From the NCBI GenBank assembly GCA_036172245.1, contig JAYWIR010000007.1, positions 4,216,001-4,280,000 on the forward strand: a stretch of DNA of 64,000 bases. Direction: 5' to 3'. Both the position numbers and the translations under genes were made by a program. Positions within the stretch are counted from its first letter, which is position 1, and every line of letters starts with the position of its first letter. Below, in pieces: positions 1 to 13,533 of this stretch. The stretch comes from Raillietiella orientalis. Taxonomy: Eukaryota. Below the pieces are notes generated by a model, which saw nothing but the letters and a program-made list of their open reading frames with translations, was not told the origin of the DNA and made no database searches.

Positions 1-1748
1 TCCCACGCCGCGAGACAGTGCGCGACGGAGACAGGGCCTTCCTCGTCTCGAGATCCCTCCGGAACGAGAGGAAAAGGCAGGAGCCCCTCGGACCGTCTGC
101 GCCCCTTCTAACCGACGGGGGGGGGCACGGACAGACACCTGGACGCTCGCGAGGGGGCAGAAAGGACACGCGGGAGGCGTCTGCTGCGCTGCCTCGCTGC
201 CCCCCTGTTTATTTTTAAAACGTTGGCAACGGCTCCGAGAAATCCGGCTCGAATTCCCTTCCTCAAGCTACGGAAGCGCCTCCTCCATCCCTCCTCTTGT
301 CTCGTTCTCTCCTCTCTCCCTCCCCCCGTTGATTAGTCGAGATGAACCCTCCACCAGATCTTCCCGCCGGTGCATTCCTACACCTCCCATCGCGCGAGGA
401 GGAAGCGGTGGAGGCAGGGATCCTCGGGAGGGTGAGCTCGCAAAGGGGAGCGTAGCTCGGTATCGAAAGGGCTCCTCCTCCTCCTCTTCTTCCTCCTTCC
501 CCCTTCCTACTCATCTTCCTTTCTCTTCCTCCTCATTCTCCTCTTCCCTTCCCTTCCTCCTCCTTCTCCCTCCCTCCCCTCTCCCTCCCTTCCTCTCCTT
601 CATCGGAATCCGGCTGCTCGGTGGACCAAGTGCTTTGCTCGCGAAGGAACGAATTGGGTCTGCGACTCCCCCTTTCTCTGCTGGTTCTCTTCGTGAGGGG
701 AGGGGACGTAGTGTTGACGGGGACAGCGGCTTCCCTCTGATCCTCATCTCGCCCGGCCTGTACCTGGGGGCGGAGGGTGAGAGTGAGCGCGCCTTCGAGG
801 AGGGCGCGTGTGACCGAGCGGCATCCTCGCGGTCCTCTCGACCCCGGACGCGCTGCGTCGAAGGGTCCGTTTGGGGGAGCGCCCGTGATGCGCTTCCCAC
901 ATGCATCCTGAGGGAAGGGAGACCCCTCTACCAAACGCTGCCTGTGCTCCGCCGCCTCGCCTCACCCTTGCAGAAATCGAAGAGGATCCTCGAGAGGGAA
1001 GTGCTCGCCTCCGGGAGGGCGGAGTCTGCCTAGGCTACTGCCACGGGGCTCAGGGGGCAGAGGGGAGCAGCCATCTGGGGAGAGGCAATTCCAGGAGTGC
1101 AGCGGCCTACCGGGAGGCAAGCGCGCCATCCCTTCCTTCCTCACGCTCCTTCTCCTCTCCCTCTTCCCGGAAACGGGAGAGAAGAGAAGGAGGAGGATAA
1201 GAAGAGCGATGTTCCGCGCGCTCCCTCCTCCGAAGGGAGATGGGGCCGCGGACCCGAGCGTTCTTCTCCGGTCGGAGAGGTCCCGGAGTCACCCCCACCT
1301 TCGCTCCCTGTCTCCTTTCTGAAGGGGTCTCTGCCGCGAGAGACACCGCTTGCGGCAGCGTTCGTGCTTCGCTGCTCCGGGGATTCGGGGGCACCCGAAC
1401 GGGAGGGATGCAGAAGAGCAGGAGGGTCCTTCCTCGTCCCTCGGGACAGCCCCACGTCCACCGAGGGAGTGCCCGGTCCTACCACGAGCCCCGGATCTGT
1501 CGGGGAGGAGGGGGGCGGCGGCGGCGGTCTCTCGAGATGCCCCCTCCTCGCGGCGCGACTCTCCCGGGTCAGCAGGTCCGGTCGCATCAGCCGAAGAAGC
1601 GCGTGCGACGCCAGGCCGGACGCGATCGTTGGCGGGGCTGTGGGGCTGAGGGGAGGGAGGGAGCCAGTGTCCCTCCATGTCCGTCTCCCTTCCTCCCCCT
1701 TTTCGGTGGCTGCTGCTGCTGACCCTTCCGTCGTCCCGCTCCACCCAG

Positions 1749-4700
1749 GGCCCGCACACTGCCTGCTGGAGATTGCGGGCAACGGGACTGTGGTGTCGGT
1801 GCTGGAGGGCTCGGCAGAGTCCGTGGTGTTGGATTGCGACTACTCGCTCGGGGAGAAGCCGGCGGACGGCCTGGTCGTGAAGTGGTACTTCCGGGATGAC
1901 CCCCAGCCGATCTACCAGTGGATCCCGGACCAGACCCCTCAGGGCATCGGCGCGTTCAGAGAAAGGCTCAACCTGCAGCACGTCTCTTCGGAGGACTCCC
2001 GCGAGAAGCACCGCGCCATCGAGGTCGTCGGGCTCGTCAAGGAGGTCACAGGCAACTACACCTGCCGCGTGTCCACGTTCCACGACGAGGGGACGCTGAC
2101 CACGGAGCTCATCGTCTACGGTGAGTCTCCTCTCTTCCCCTCCCCCACACGCAGCGTCTTACCCCTACTCCGCCCTTCTTTTGTCTCCAGTTCCGCCCAA
2201 GGCCCTTCGCGTGTCCCTGGAGAAGGGAGAGGAAGAGGAGCTCGTCAACGCGTCCTGCTCTGCCTCGGGGACGTTCCCCAGGCCGGAAGTGGAGCTGGCA
2301 ACGGGGGACGTCGTCTGGTACGGAAAGACTCCGGGAGCTACGGGGAGAGGGGGCGGGGTAGGGGACGAAAGAAGGGAAATCCGCGATGATTCTTTCCCTG
2401 GGGTCTAGCTTCCCCCCTCACGAAGCTGGGGCCAGGTAGGCGCTTCCCTGGACGCCCCCCGCAGACTCCTTCTTCTCTCCCGGGGAACAGCCCAACCCTG
2501 ACCGACCCCTTTCCCCTTCCGCTCGAGTGCTGAGAAATGGCTCTGGCAGCGACGGGGACATACGCTGTCCCGCCCTTCCGCTGCCTCCGAGGTCAGCTGC
2601 AAAGGGAGAGATGCAGCCCTCGAGGGCCTTGAGCGCTCACACTGCCGAAGCGCCTCCCCCTTTTATTTTTTGCTGGGGGAGGAAGGAAGGAAGGGAATCT
2701 TGGAATTCCCTCTTCCTCATTCGCACCTCCCACCCCCGCTTTCGCTCTGCCTCCCCCTTCAGATGCCACCCGCAGGTGTGCAGACTTCTCTATATCTCAC
2801 CCTCCCTCCCCTTCCCTAATATCCCGGACGAACTCCGGTTCTCGAAGGAACGAAGGGGGTTGTCTCAACTTCCAATAGATGGGGCACATCCCTCTGAGCC
2901 CCTGCTTCTAATAATGCCTGGCTCTCCTTGGCGCTACCGCCGTCACGACCAAGTCTTGTGGGCTCCCTTGCTGCCTTGCACTTTCCCGGAGGGCATCCGA
3001 AGATTGCACAGGGGTCTCGGATCCCTTCCGGGATCCGAGACCTCTGTGCTGGCATGGACGCGCGCCCTGCCCTTTTGAGGGCGTCTGTCTTCCCTCGGGG
3101 CTCTCAGGCGCTCCTTCTTCAGACGTCGGACACCTCGGCCCTCCTCCCCTCTTTCCTCCTCCAGCCGGACCTCGGCCTGGCGAGCACCCGGAAAGAACGC
3201 GCGGGGCTTCCGAGTCTCCTGCGGCCGCCTGCCCGCGGAACGTTCCGTGCCGTGTCACGCTCGGTCCGCGCGTGACGCAGGGCGGGCGGGCTAGCGCGCG
3301 AGAGAGAGAGGGAGAGAAAGAGAAAGATGGCTCGACGCCTCGGCGAACTCTTACCACTTGGAGGGTGCCCTCGTCGCCCTACTCCCCCAGCATCCTCTTT
3401 GCGCTTGCCTGTCCCGTGAGTCTGGGTTTCCGCGTGTTCCAACCCTCCCCCCTCTCTGCCCGCTTCTGCGCCTGCCCGGGCGTCCGAGCCCCTCTCTTTG
3501 GGCGCGTCATCTGCTCTCAGCGTGTGCGCGCCTCCCTTGCCCTCTTCGCCTGCCTGGCAGCTCTCGGGATGTAGGGAGGCGGCGTCATGGAGCGAATCGC
3601 GAGTGCCCCTCCTTCTTTTTCGCAGGAAGACCCTTTTAGGGAGCTCAGAGTCCTTCGTGGGAAACAGTCACTTCGGCGACAAGATCGGCTTGACCACTTG
3701 ACTGAGGAGGCGGAGCCCATGCCTTCGCCTCCTCGGTCACCTCGTTACAGCCTCCCCGTGAGCATTCGGATCCACAAAAGACGTTGTGGACGAAAAGGGA
3801 CGGCATTCCGACGGGACACGGGGGAAGAGACGGCACGCTCCAGCAGCGCAGTTCCGTGAGGACTTCCGTCGTCTGCAAAGCCCGGTGCGCGCAAAGATGG
3901 CGGAAGTCTTGCAATCCGGCGCGCGCGCGCAAGAGGCAGACGCGCCTTGCAGTTTTGGCTCTTCCGCTCGTACCCTCTTCGTGAGGTCCGCCTGTGGGCG
4001 TCTCTGCAGTAAGGTCTTCTCCGGGATTCGCCGCCCATTCTTCGCGAGCGTCAGAAACGACGGCGCTCCCCTCGTCCAGGTCGGCCTCCCGTCTTCCTGG
4101 ACGAGTCCAACAGCTTTCTCCCAGTGCCCGACTCCTCCTCTGTCAAAAGAGCGGTTCGCACAGGCGTTTTCCAGACCTTGACGAGAGTCTCCTGACGTTT
4201 CTTCCCCGTCCTCGACGGTCGCTCCATCCCGTGAAGTGTTTCGCGCACTCCATTCTGAGACATGGATCGCATCCGTGCTCTCGGGACTACGCGGTCGAAC
4301 GGAACATCCACACGCAGTCCACACCACGTTTCATCTGTAGGTGAGGGAGAACACTGCAAAGCTAAAGAAAGAGACCGTTCCGCACGCATGAGTGCGATGC
4401 GTGTGACCTTCACAGAGCACGTCGCTCCGAGATGAGCATGCGTTCCGAGTTCATGGTGCTGATTAAGATGCTAGGACGTGGGACGGTGGTGAGAAAAGGT
4501 GGCACCACCTGCCTCACTGTAAACACGACGCCTTGCTCCTCTTCCTTGTTATGAGCACTTTCTTGAAGTCTCTTCTCTTGAAGTTGCGCTAATCATCCTG
4601 TCAGAAAGGCAGAGGGAACGCTCCTTCAAACCAGAAGTTTACAGATGCTGTGACCGTAGCGACCTTCGATTGAATCGATGCATTTCATCTAAAGATCTCT

Positions 4701-5994
4701 GAAGACAAGTGTGACTTTCTTGGGGTCGCCGCTGTGCTGTCGAACGATTGCAACCTGCTAACCGTTTCAGAAACACAGTAGAATGCTTCGTGCAGAAAAT
4801 AATGGGACCTTCAAAAAAAAAAAAGAAAGTTGATCGGGAAAATGGTTTTACAAACGGATAGTGCACGTGCTCTTAGTGCAGTGTCTTTAAGCATTGGACC
4901 ATGTAAACGAATATCGTCACGGATGCTTCTCTCCTAATTCGCATGAACTCGAAAAAGCCGACTTCACAACACACCGAAAGGTAGTCTGCAATGTTTGCAA
5001 CTCGAACTTGATTTGGTGTTTCGGAGTTCATTCACAATTGACACTTTGCTAGATCACTGTCAATTATAAGGCTACCATTGACGATTAACAACTGCTTACC
5101 ATAGATTTTGTTCATCCGCGTGTAAGCATTCAAAAATAATGAAGGAGCTTCTTCGTTCCCATAAATCTTCCAAAACTGCTGAGTAAACGTCGGTCGAGTG
5201 TTGCTATCACAGACTTCTTTTTCTCTTTCTGTTGTTCACGGGAACCGAACACCCTTGATGAAAATAATGTGCTCTCCAAGTGGTTAGTTGCTTGCGGCCA
5301 TCATTCGACGTTCGGCTGGGCTGACAAGAATATTTGTTGCATGATGAGCTTCCTTGTTTTGTCCTTTTCATTTCTCTTTAGGTCAAATTTAGATATCCAG
5401 ACCAAGTTTGAAAATGGGTTGTACGATGTGCATGTTTTCAAAGAACTGCCACAGAAGCTCTTGCTATCCAGGAATTCTATAAAGTGCTCGCTGAGGATTC
5501 CAGGAACAGGATTTAATATGACAGAGACAACCGTATACTCTCCAGGTAGAATCCGCAACGGCCCTTCCTTCAATTTCATGCAGTTTGAGCAACTTCTACA
5601 CTTCATTGCTTTTTTTTTTTGTCGGCAAACCGAAGTGAACCTTCGTGTGAATGCGGGGAAGGCCCACTTTGGTTCTTGACGTGAAACTTCAACACACTGC
5701 GGCTGCTCTCATACCAGCTTTCTCCGATTCTATACGTTTGGAATCCAACAGAGACTGGAGACTGGTTGACTCAGCAAAGAGATGAACATTCAACTCAGCA
5801 ATCTCTTGAATGTTCATCTTCAACTTGATTCTCTACAGACTCGAGCCTCATGCACCCATGCTTTTGCATAGCGCGGGATCGATTATAGACAAAAATTTCT
5901 CCCTTTTCTAGATAACCACGCTGGCTGTAAAGATCTGCCTGCGGCTGCCCTCTTGGCAAATGTATTTTTCATAGCGCTCGCATATAATGTATGA
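1749..5994 (+). CDS. Ig-superfamily cell-surface protein (V-set + C2-like domain, Beat-related/CG5597-CG13532-like), probably GPI-anchored; 4 exons seen (1749-2120, 2191-2317, 5382-5545, 5912-5994), first exon not identified
   Basis: Exon 1749-2120 reads VVLDCDY..GLVVKWYF..IYQWIP..HRAIEV..GNYTCRVSTF (V-set C-W-C). The next exons give NASCSASGTFPRPEV and IKCSLRIPGT (second Ig domain). All junctions are AG/GT with matching phases (G|TT, TG|G, G|AT). The last exon DNHAGCKDLPAAALLANVFFIALAYNV* is a hydrophobic tail. Family assignment is from recalled motif similarity. Confidence 0.85.
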
Positions 5995-8900
5995 CAGCTG
6001 TACGCCGGAACTTTACCAGAAAATGGGGGATCGAATGGCAATACCACCGCCTGGAAGGCGAATCCAGATGTGACCAGAAACTGCATAGAGTTGTGAGTGC
6101 CTCCTTAGCCCTGTAAACAAATTCAAAGGAAATGAACGTCAATCTAACCAATAAAGTGGATTTTAATTGGAGCAGTTCAAACATCGTGGTACACACAGCA
6201 AGATGAGAACCTTTTGTTGGAGGATACATAATTCGTTCGTGTGCTTACTGATTCAGTGTGTTCTCTCTCGAGAATGTAACTGTGCAAATAGGAAAAGAGT
6301 GCGCAACACCATAAATGGGGCTGCTAGAAATGGGGGGCTCGTCGCATGCTCGTGGGTGGCACTGTGGTTGCATCACGCAGACCAGCGGATGATTTCATCC
6401 GGAAATTCGTTCTGTCCTCTTACCCTCTGTAATTTTACCGTTTTCCACTTTTCAAATCGAAATACCATGAACATTGAATTGTTTTGCGTGATTGGGCAAC
6501 ATAAGATTATTATTACCATCCACTTAAATGAAACTGTTTCTTGATAAGCGTAAAAAACGGATTGAGTGAACCTATTCAGCGTTCCCACGTTTCAACCACA
6601 CACCCAGCAAGAAGTATTCACGCACATGAAGGGAAGCATCCATTGGACTTGATTTTCAACCTGTATTCCGAGTGAACATCACAGATGTTGGGTGCGAGCT
6701 TACTAAGAGTATCTTGTCTCGATAATTTTTTGGTACTTTGTAGCGACACAACATGTAACGTATGTATTACCATGTCTTCTATTTCAGTAGCAACGATTCA
6801 AGATTCCACTTTCGATTAGGCGACACAAACGCGCACTGCTGTACATAATATATAATATGCGTTACAAGATCATTAGTTAATCGACATAAATATTGACATC
6901 AATGGAGACTGGATACAGCTGATTGCTTTCTTTCACTTGTGTTTACCAGACTGGAAGATATCCTGCGCAAGATTGATGACCGTTATCCGAGGATTTGTCT
7001 AGGAACGAACGATGGCACGAAGAATCGTAAAAGAATTCTGCAAAGCTCATGTACTGATGCTTGCGCCCACGTTTACGAAGGGGTCTGCTGATTCATGTTT
7101 TCCTCATGTTTCTTGTGCTGACAGCTGACAAGGAAATCCTTCATGTGTTTATGGTTTCCGTTCCTGTTGCGCCACACATAGACTAAACACGCAAAGACCT
7201 GATTTCCTAATGACTTTGGGAGCTTAGAATCTGAAAAATCTCAGGCTTGGGTTTTTTTTTTTTTTTTCTACACCCGGAAATAGGTGGGCAACAGAGGACT
7301 CTTCAAGATGAAGGCGGAATTTCATTCCTCTGAGTAAACCGAGCTTTACCATTTGTTTATAGGCTTTGCTGAGAAAACACGAAGTACTTTTCTTGCGAGC
7401 GATGCGATGGTCCTTTTTGCTGGCCTTCGAGGGATAAATATTATCAGGTAAATGCCACCGAAGCGTTTACTCCAATCGAAGAAAGGAAAAAGGGATTCAC
7501 TCTCCTCCAGCAATGAATGCAAATTTGAAGTCCCCACTACAACAGAAGGGTACATTCAATCCACGAATCTATCTGAACACTTCATGAGTTGGCAGGGGCA
7601 AGAAAGACCAACATTTAGTCATCCCAAATAGTAGCAATCTTACACAGGCATGCGGCGGCAAGATGAAGATGCTTTTACACTCCTTGGGACGAAGACAAAA
7701 AGCCCCAAAGCAACAAATCGAAACGCACCACAAAATCGCTTCTGAACGTATTTCCGAGTCCATGGAGAACATTTAGACAACCAGAGGGGTGAGTTAGGGA
7801 AATGCGTGGATGGAAACAAATGGATTTCCACAGAACGAAAAATCCTTACAGAGGATCTCTTCGCAAATGTAGCCGTGAATGCATTTGCAATCGTCGTAGA
7901 ATCACGGATGGTTAAATAAGATCCAGCGTGCACTTTGAAACTTCAAAATCATTATTCAGAAACACTCAACACGAAAATGTTCTACGTTTCTTCAGTTTGA
8001 TTTCTGGGTAGAGTTCCAGCAACCAATATGTAACTAGGAGTGGACACTACACAAAAATCACCCCCCAAAATTGTAGATTTCATTTTAAGAATAAGATCTT
8101 TTGCATAATGGAGTTCACGTTAAAACGATGTTTGGTTTGTGAAAATTTTGATACAGAAAGCAGATGCCTCGAGCTGCTATTTTTATGTACCCTCGGAGTG
8201 CAATTAGCTGTGAGGTCTTTAAGCCAGTTTGTAAGCCATCATTAATCCGTACAAGAACCTTCGAGCAATGCAAAGACAAAACTGCACTTTCCAGCTAGAA
8301 GATAAAATGCAGATAAACCAAAATTAATTCCCCCAAAATAAGGATTGTTTGAAATCTCTCGTCAACGAATAGCAGCAGATGACAGCAAGAGCTTGTCTGT
8401 CCATCCTTGACACCTGTGATGCAGAATACAGATGTTCGCTGTTTAACATTGCACTAGTCGAATACTGTTTATCAGAGTTCCATGCGATACTGTTAAAAGA
8501 TTTGCTTCCAAATCAATTTATCAGTATATTGAGCTCACGGCTTGCCAGTGTCCCTTTAGAGGACAAAAAGAAATGTATCAAAGCGAATGGAAATGACTTG
8601 TTTCTTGAAAGAAAATTCACTTTCTGCACTTCGCTGTTTAGAAAATTATAGGTTGACAGTAAAAAAAAAGATGGTGCTTGAATGGCAGGTGAGACACAAA
8701 CGATTTCATTTAATGAAACTATGCCCTCAAGATCTTCCTATACGGTATTCGTGGGAGCAGGAAGCCAAACAAGCCATGCTACAGCGAACCGCTCAATTCG
8801 GAAATTTTATTTTTGAAACGCCAGTCATTACATTTGGATACTCCTAAAGGTATTTGAAATTTGGACGACAGTTTCTAGGTGAGAAACAGCAATGCCTCGT

Positions 8901-9299
8901 TCCACCCATAAAGTGTGTATGGTGTGGGTGCATCCTTGTACGCAGGTTAACATTTGACATATGCAATTACGGGTTGCCAAGATCCTTTTTTTCAAAGTGG
9001 AATCGTTTCTGCTGCCCATTTAGATCAAGTTCTGATTTTCTCATTAGGAAATCAAATTCACGTCTCAGAATTCTGCCGCGAGCTCTGAGAAGTGATTTGC
9101 TCATGCATAAAAATAAAAGATTAAAGGACATGTGCATTCCTCCCCGCTGATGATGAATACTTGCTGCAACTCGAACGAAAAACCGGGGAGCAGGGCGCAG
9201 TTGCACCCAGACTTGGGGGGGAGGGGGAAAGCACCTGAATGATGGTGGCATCTGCACTACCCGGAGGCTGTGAACAACGTGGAAGGCAAGCAGAGCAGC

Positions 9300-9353
9300 T
9301 TTTTTTTTTTTTTTTTTTTTTTCCCCCTGCAGCAGCAGCAGCAGCAGCAGCAG
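9300..9353. repeat. Poly-T tract followed by (CAG)n microsatellite
   Basis: About 23 T, then about 8 GCA/CAG units. Confidence 0.9.
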
Positions 9354-9760
9354 TTGCGCAATGCCGACCGATTCGCAGCAGGAAGTGTCTTGGCGATCCT
9401 CCGAGTGTGCTGTGGCGGTGTGCGTGGATGAGTTTGTTTGCTGCTTCCCAACTCTTTGTTTTTGTTTGCCTTTTGCATTCGGTGACGGCAAATGAGTTTC
9501 ATTAGCCGGGAAACTGAATCCAGCTTCTCCTTTACTTTTCCCTATTGTTAACTTGTAGTCCTTAGAACCTTTCTCCCAGAGACACTGTGATGAAGCCTTC
9601 CGCTGTTTAGGGCTGGTGGCAAAGCAAGTGATCAAACAGAGACCGTCATGTTTTGATGCGTGGCTTCCCAGCTTCTGGGCCCTGATTTTTACACGTTAGT
9701 TAATTTCGATTCAATGCCGGGTTTGTAAAAGCCGCCCCCAACAAGTGGTTGTGCCATCCT

Positions 9761-12700
9761 ATGTGGAAAATGTGCGAAATTAAGCTCTTAGTATTTTTTG
9801 CATTTGTTTGCTTTTGCCACACAGTTGAGTGTGTTGATAGGAACAATTTCAAAACTTGCGAGGACAGCGCATTTTGTAGGTAAGACTCACCGTGAACTGT
9901 GTTTGTGCATGTATTTCTTTTGTAAACACAGAAGGAACCGCAAGTGGGAACCAAAAAAGAGTCCATTTGAAGCTGATCTGGAATCAGCTACTGTGTCTGC
10001 TTCTGAAGTTACCGTCGACTTGCTGAATGTAGAAACGAATGTACGTTTCAAATTGATAGTGCGTGGATTTGAAAAAGGAATATTAGAATTCAAAATAAAT
10101 GAAAAATATCCTCTGAAACAACGATTTGAGGTACCTTATGTTATTTCTCCCCTAGATTCGAGCAGGTAAGACGAGCTTTAATGTTTGAATATATTATTAC
10201 AGGCATATCACAGTTTTCAGCTCAGGGAACACTTAGCTCACAGATTGACTTTGGAGTTCTCTGGATACTTTGTCACAGTTTATGCCCAACCTTTCCATGT
10301 GGAGGTTTTGCGTGGTGATGTACCAATAGTTCAGCTGAATGCTGATGGAAGACTCAATTTTGAGCACTTTAGGACCAGGCAGGACAGGTTGAACAAAACC
10401 CATATCTTGAAAAAGTTATGATGCCAAGAATACCAGGGTGCCCCATCAGCAGAATGTCACAGAAGAACAGCTGAAAGGAAATGAACCAGCTGCTGGGGAA
10501 GCAGTATTAAGTGAAGCTTCGTGGTCAGATGAGCAGAACCAGCAATTAGAAAATGAAAAAACTGTTGAAAATTCTGGTGATGAATTACCAGTTAAAGGTG
10601 AAGACCAGCAGGAAACAGAGCAAGTAGGGGAAAGCATTTCTGAAGAACCTGGACTTTGGGATGAGTATTTCAAGGTATTGTATCAAAATCTCCCCTTTTC
10701 CTTCCCCTTATAAAACATTGCATTATATTTTGTAGAGTCATCATGATTCCAAGGTTCATGGCCCCACATCTGTAGGATTGGATTTCAAGTTCCTTAATAG
10801 TAGTCATGTGTATGGCATTCCAGAACATGCTGTGCATCATTCTTTGGAAGATACTAAGGACAAGGATCCTTATCGCTTGTATAATTTGGATGTGTTTGAA
10901 TATGAGCTGCACAATCCAATGGCCCTATATGGTTCTGTCCCTATGCTGGTTTCCCACAGGTAATCTTGGTTCCCATCTATAAACTAAGCTGTGCTAAGCA
11001 GAGCTGTTCAGTACCGATTGCACTGTTGGCATGCTGTGGCTTAATGCAGCAGAGACATGGATTGATATTCAGAAGAGCCCCAAATCTGGAGTGTTATCCT
11101 CAGTGTACACATTCATGTCAGGAGAACGCAGTGATCCCTATGTATCAACGCACTGGTTCTCGGAGAGTGGCATCATTGATGTCTTCTTGATGCTGGGACC
11201 ACAACCTAAAGATGTTATGCTGCAATATGCCCAGCTCACAGGCAGCACACCTTTACCTCCGGTGACATTGAGTTATTAGAAGCAAGTGCTCATTTGTGCT
11301 GTAGCTTTTCTCTCTGGGATATCATCAGTGCAGATGGAATTACAACAGTGATGATGATGTGCGTAAGGTGGATGCCAAATTTGATGAACATGAGATGCCC
11401 TATGATGTTGTGTGGCTGGACATTGAGTACACAGATGGAAAAAGGTAACACAACTTCAAATTTTTCCATCCATCGGCTTTCTTTAGATATTTTGAAGTGG
11501 ACCAAAGCAGATTTGCAGAGCTACCCAAAGTGCTGCAAGAGCTTGCTCTCAAAGGTCGTGGCATGGTGGTCATTTTGGACCCCCATATCAAACATGATGT
11601 GAACTATCGTGTTTATCAAGATGTTACAAATGCAAATTGGTTAGTTAAGAATAATCAAAATAAGGACTTTGAAGGTAGGAAGCATGCCTGAAAACAGGAC
11701 CTAAGACTTGACTTGACATTTTAGGGTGGTGCTGGCCAGGATCATCAGTTTATCCTGATTTCTTCAACCCTGCAGTGCGCAATTACTGGGCTTCTAAAGT
11801 CACCTCATTCTTGGACTCTGCACCCAATCTGCATGTGTGGAATGATATGAATGAGCCTTCTGTGTTTAGTGGACCAGAAATTACCATGCCAAAGGATAAC
11901 ATTCATTATGATGGCTGGGAGCACAGAGATTTGCATAATATTTTTGGACTGCTGCATGTCAGTCAATATTGTTAATGTCAACAGAAAATAAGGTTTTCTC
12001 AGCATATGTCAACATTTCAAGGACTCCTGCAAAGATCAGGAGGTACCTTGAGGCCATTCATTTTGACACGTGCCTTTTTTGCTGGCTCCCAGCGTACTGC
12101 AGCAGTATGGACTGGAGATAATACAGCCAGCTGGGATCATTTGGAAGTGACGGTGCCCATGCTGCTCTCTTTGTCTGTAGCAGGCATTGCATTCTGTGGT
12201 GCTGATGTTGGCGGTTTCTTCAAAAACCCAGACAACGAGTTGCTAACACGATGGTACCAGGCAGCTGCATTTCAGCCATTTTTTCGGGCTCATGCCCATA
12301 TTGAGACAGAGAGACGAGAACCATACCTGGCTGATGAAGTGCACCGAAACATAAGGCGCAAGGTGCTCCAAAAGCGCCAAGCAATGTTGCCCTTTTGGTA
12401 CACATTGTTTTATGAAGCAGAGCTAACTGGAGTTCCACCTATGCGCCCTTTGTGGATGGAATTTCCTAAAGAAACTCGAGTATTCGACATCGATAACGAA
12501 TACTTGATTGGATCCAGTATGTTAGTGCATCCAGTGACTGCACCAAATGTGCATACGCAATCTGTGTATTTTCCTGGATCAAATGATTTGTGGTATGATG
12601 TGGATACTTATGAAGCCATTGCTGGTGGGCAGGAAAGAAACATTCCAGTACCTTTATATAAGGTGATTAAAAAAGATTTAACTCATTCTTATAACTCAGC

Positions 12701-13232
12701 ATGTCACAGATTCCAGTTTTCCAACGAGGAGGATCGATTATTCCCACAAAAGAACGCCCTCGTCGGTCAGCAAATTTAACTATGCATGATCCCATTACTT
12801 TGACAGTTGCTCCTAATGCTCAGGTGAGAAAGTTATTTCGCACCACAGCTGAACTTGTTTTCAGGGTCATGCTGTGGGTTACCTGTATGTGGATGATTAT
12901 GAGTCTTATGCCTATAGACATGGCATCTATCTGCTAAGCACATTTGAACTGGCAAATTACCATCTACAGTGCAAGTCAGTATCACAGCAATCTAAACTGG
13001 ATTAGCCTTGTGTTTCAGAATTTTCCATGATCATCCGGAATTTAAGACCCCAGTTTATATTGAGCGCATTGTTATAATGGGCTGGTCTCATCCCCTCCAA
13101 AGTGCAAAGCTTATTGTGGATTCTAAACATGAAACCAGTTTAAACAGCACATATGATGCTAGTCTGCAATTGTTGACCATTAGAAAGCCAGCAGTTTCAC
13201 TCAAAACGAATTGGACCTTAGAGCTCACTTAA
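9761..13232 (+). CDS. GANAB: Neutral alpha-glucosidase AB / ER glucosidase II alpha subunit (GH31); 13 exons: 9761-9879, 9932-10165, 10214-10387, 10437-10674, 10736-10959, 11012-11261, 11305-11444, 11487-11674, 11725-11957, 12003-12662, 12710-12823, 12865-12974, 13019-13232
   Basis: Signal peptide then [48 protein letters not shown], catalytic [34 protein letters not shown]. Twelve GT-AG introns keep the frame. AATAAA at 13236-13241. Confidence 0.97.
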
Positions 13233-13241
13233 TTTAATAAA
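13233..13241. terminator. Overlapping bidirectional poly(A) signals (AATAAA on +, ATTAAA on -)
   Basis: TTTAATAAA lies between the convergent GANAB and roh stop codons, which are 46 bp apart. Confidence 0.6.
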
Positions 13242-13278
13242 ACTAAATATTGCAGACAAAAATGGCTTTGTTAAAGCA

Positions 13279-13533
13279 CTAATGCTTCTCAGTTCTTTCT
13301 TTCTTATGAATGGCATCCCATTTGGCTACGTTGTCTGGATGAAAGGACCATTGCTGGATCTTGTAGAAGAGTGGTGCACACAGGATCACACTGCCTAACC
13401 ACCAGCGAAGAAACCAGTAATCACGAAATGCTTGCACATATGGGAACTGCACCAGCTTGGCTGTAAATGTATAAGGATACTTCATGTGCCTGCTGGAGGC
13501 TGAGGCTAACTTCAGTACATTCAAATGGACCAT
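13279..13533 (-). CDS. roh: Small single-TM arthropod protein, homolog of Drosophila reduction of Rh1 (roh/CG30415)
   Basis: MVHLNVLKLASASSRHMKYPYTFTAKLVQFPY..WFLRWW..CAPLFYKIQQW..PDNVAKW..EKH* matches the recalled MKYPYTFSAKIAQFP..VPVFYKI..PEN..W pattern. ATG at 13533; pyrimidine-rich AG acceptor just upstream (13544-13545) implies a 5'UTR intron. Confidence 0.85.
   Translation of the reverse strand: MVHLNVLKLASASSRHMKYPYTFTAKLVQFPYVQAFRDYWFLRWWLGSVILCAPLFYKIQQWSFHPDNVAKWDAIHKKERTEKH

Noticed and set aside
1097..1748. N-terminal part of the 430-aa ORF 1097-2389
   Set aside because: It lies upstream of the splice acceptor at 1747-1748 and is low complexity; treated as intron read-through.
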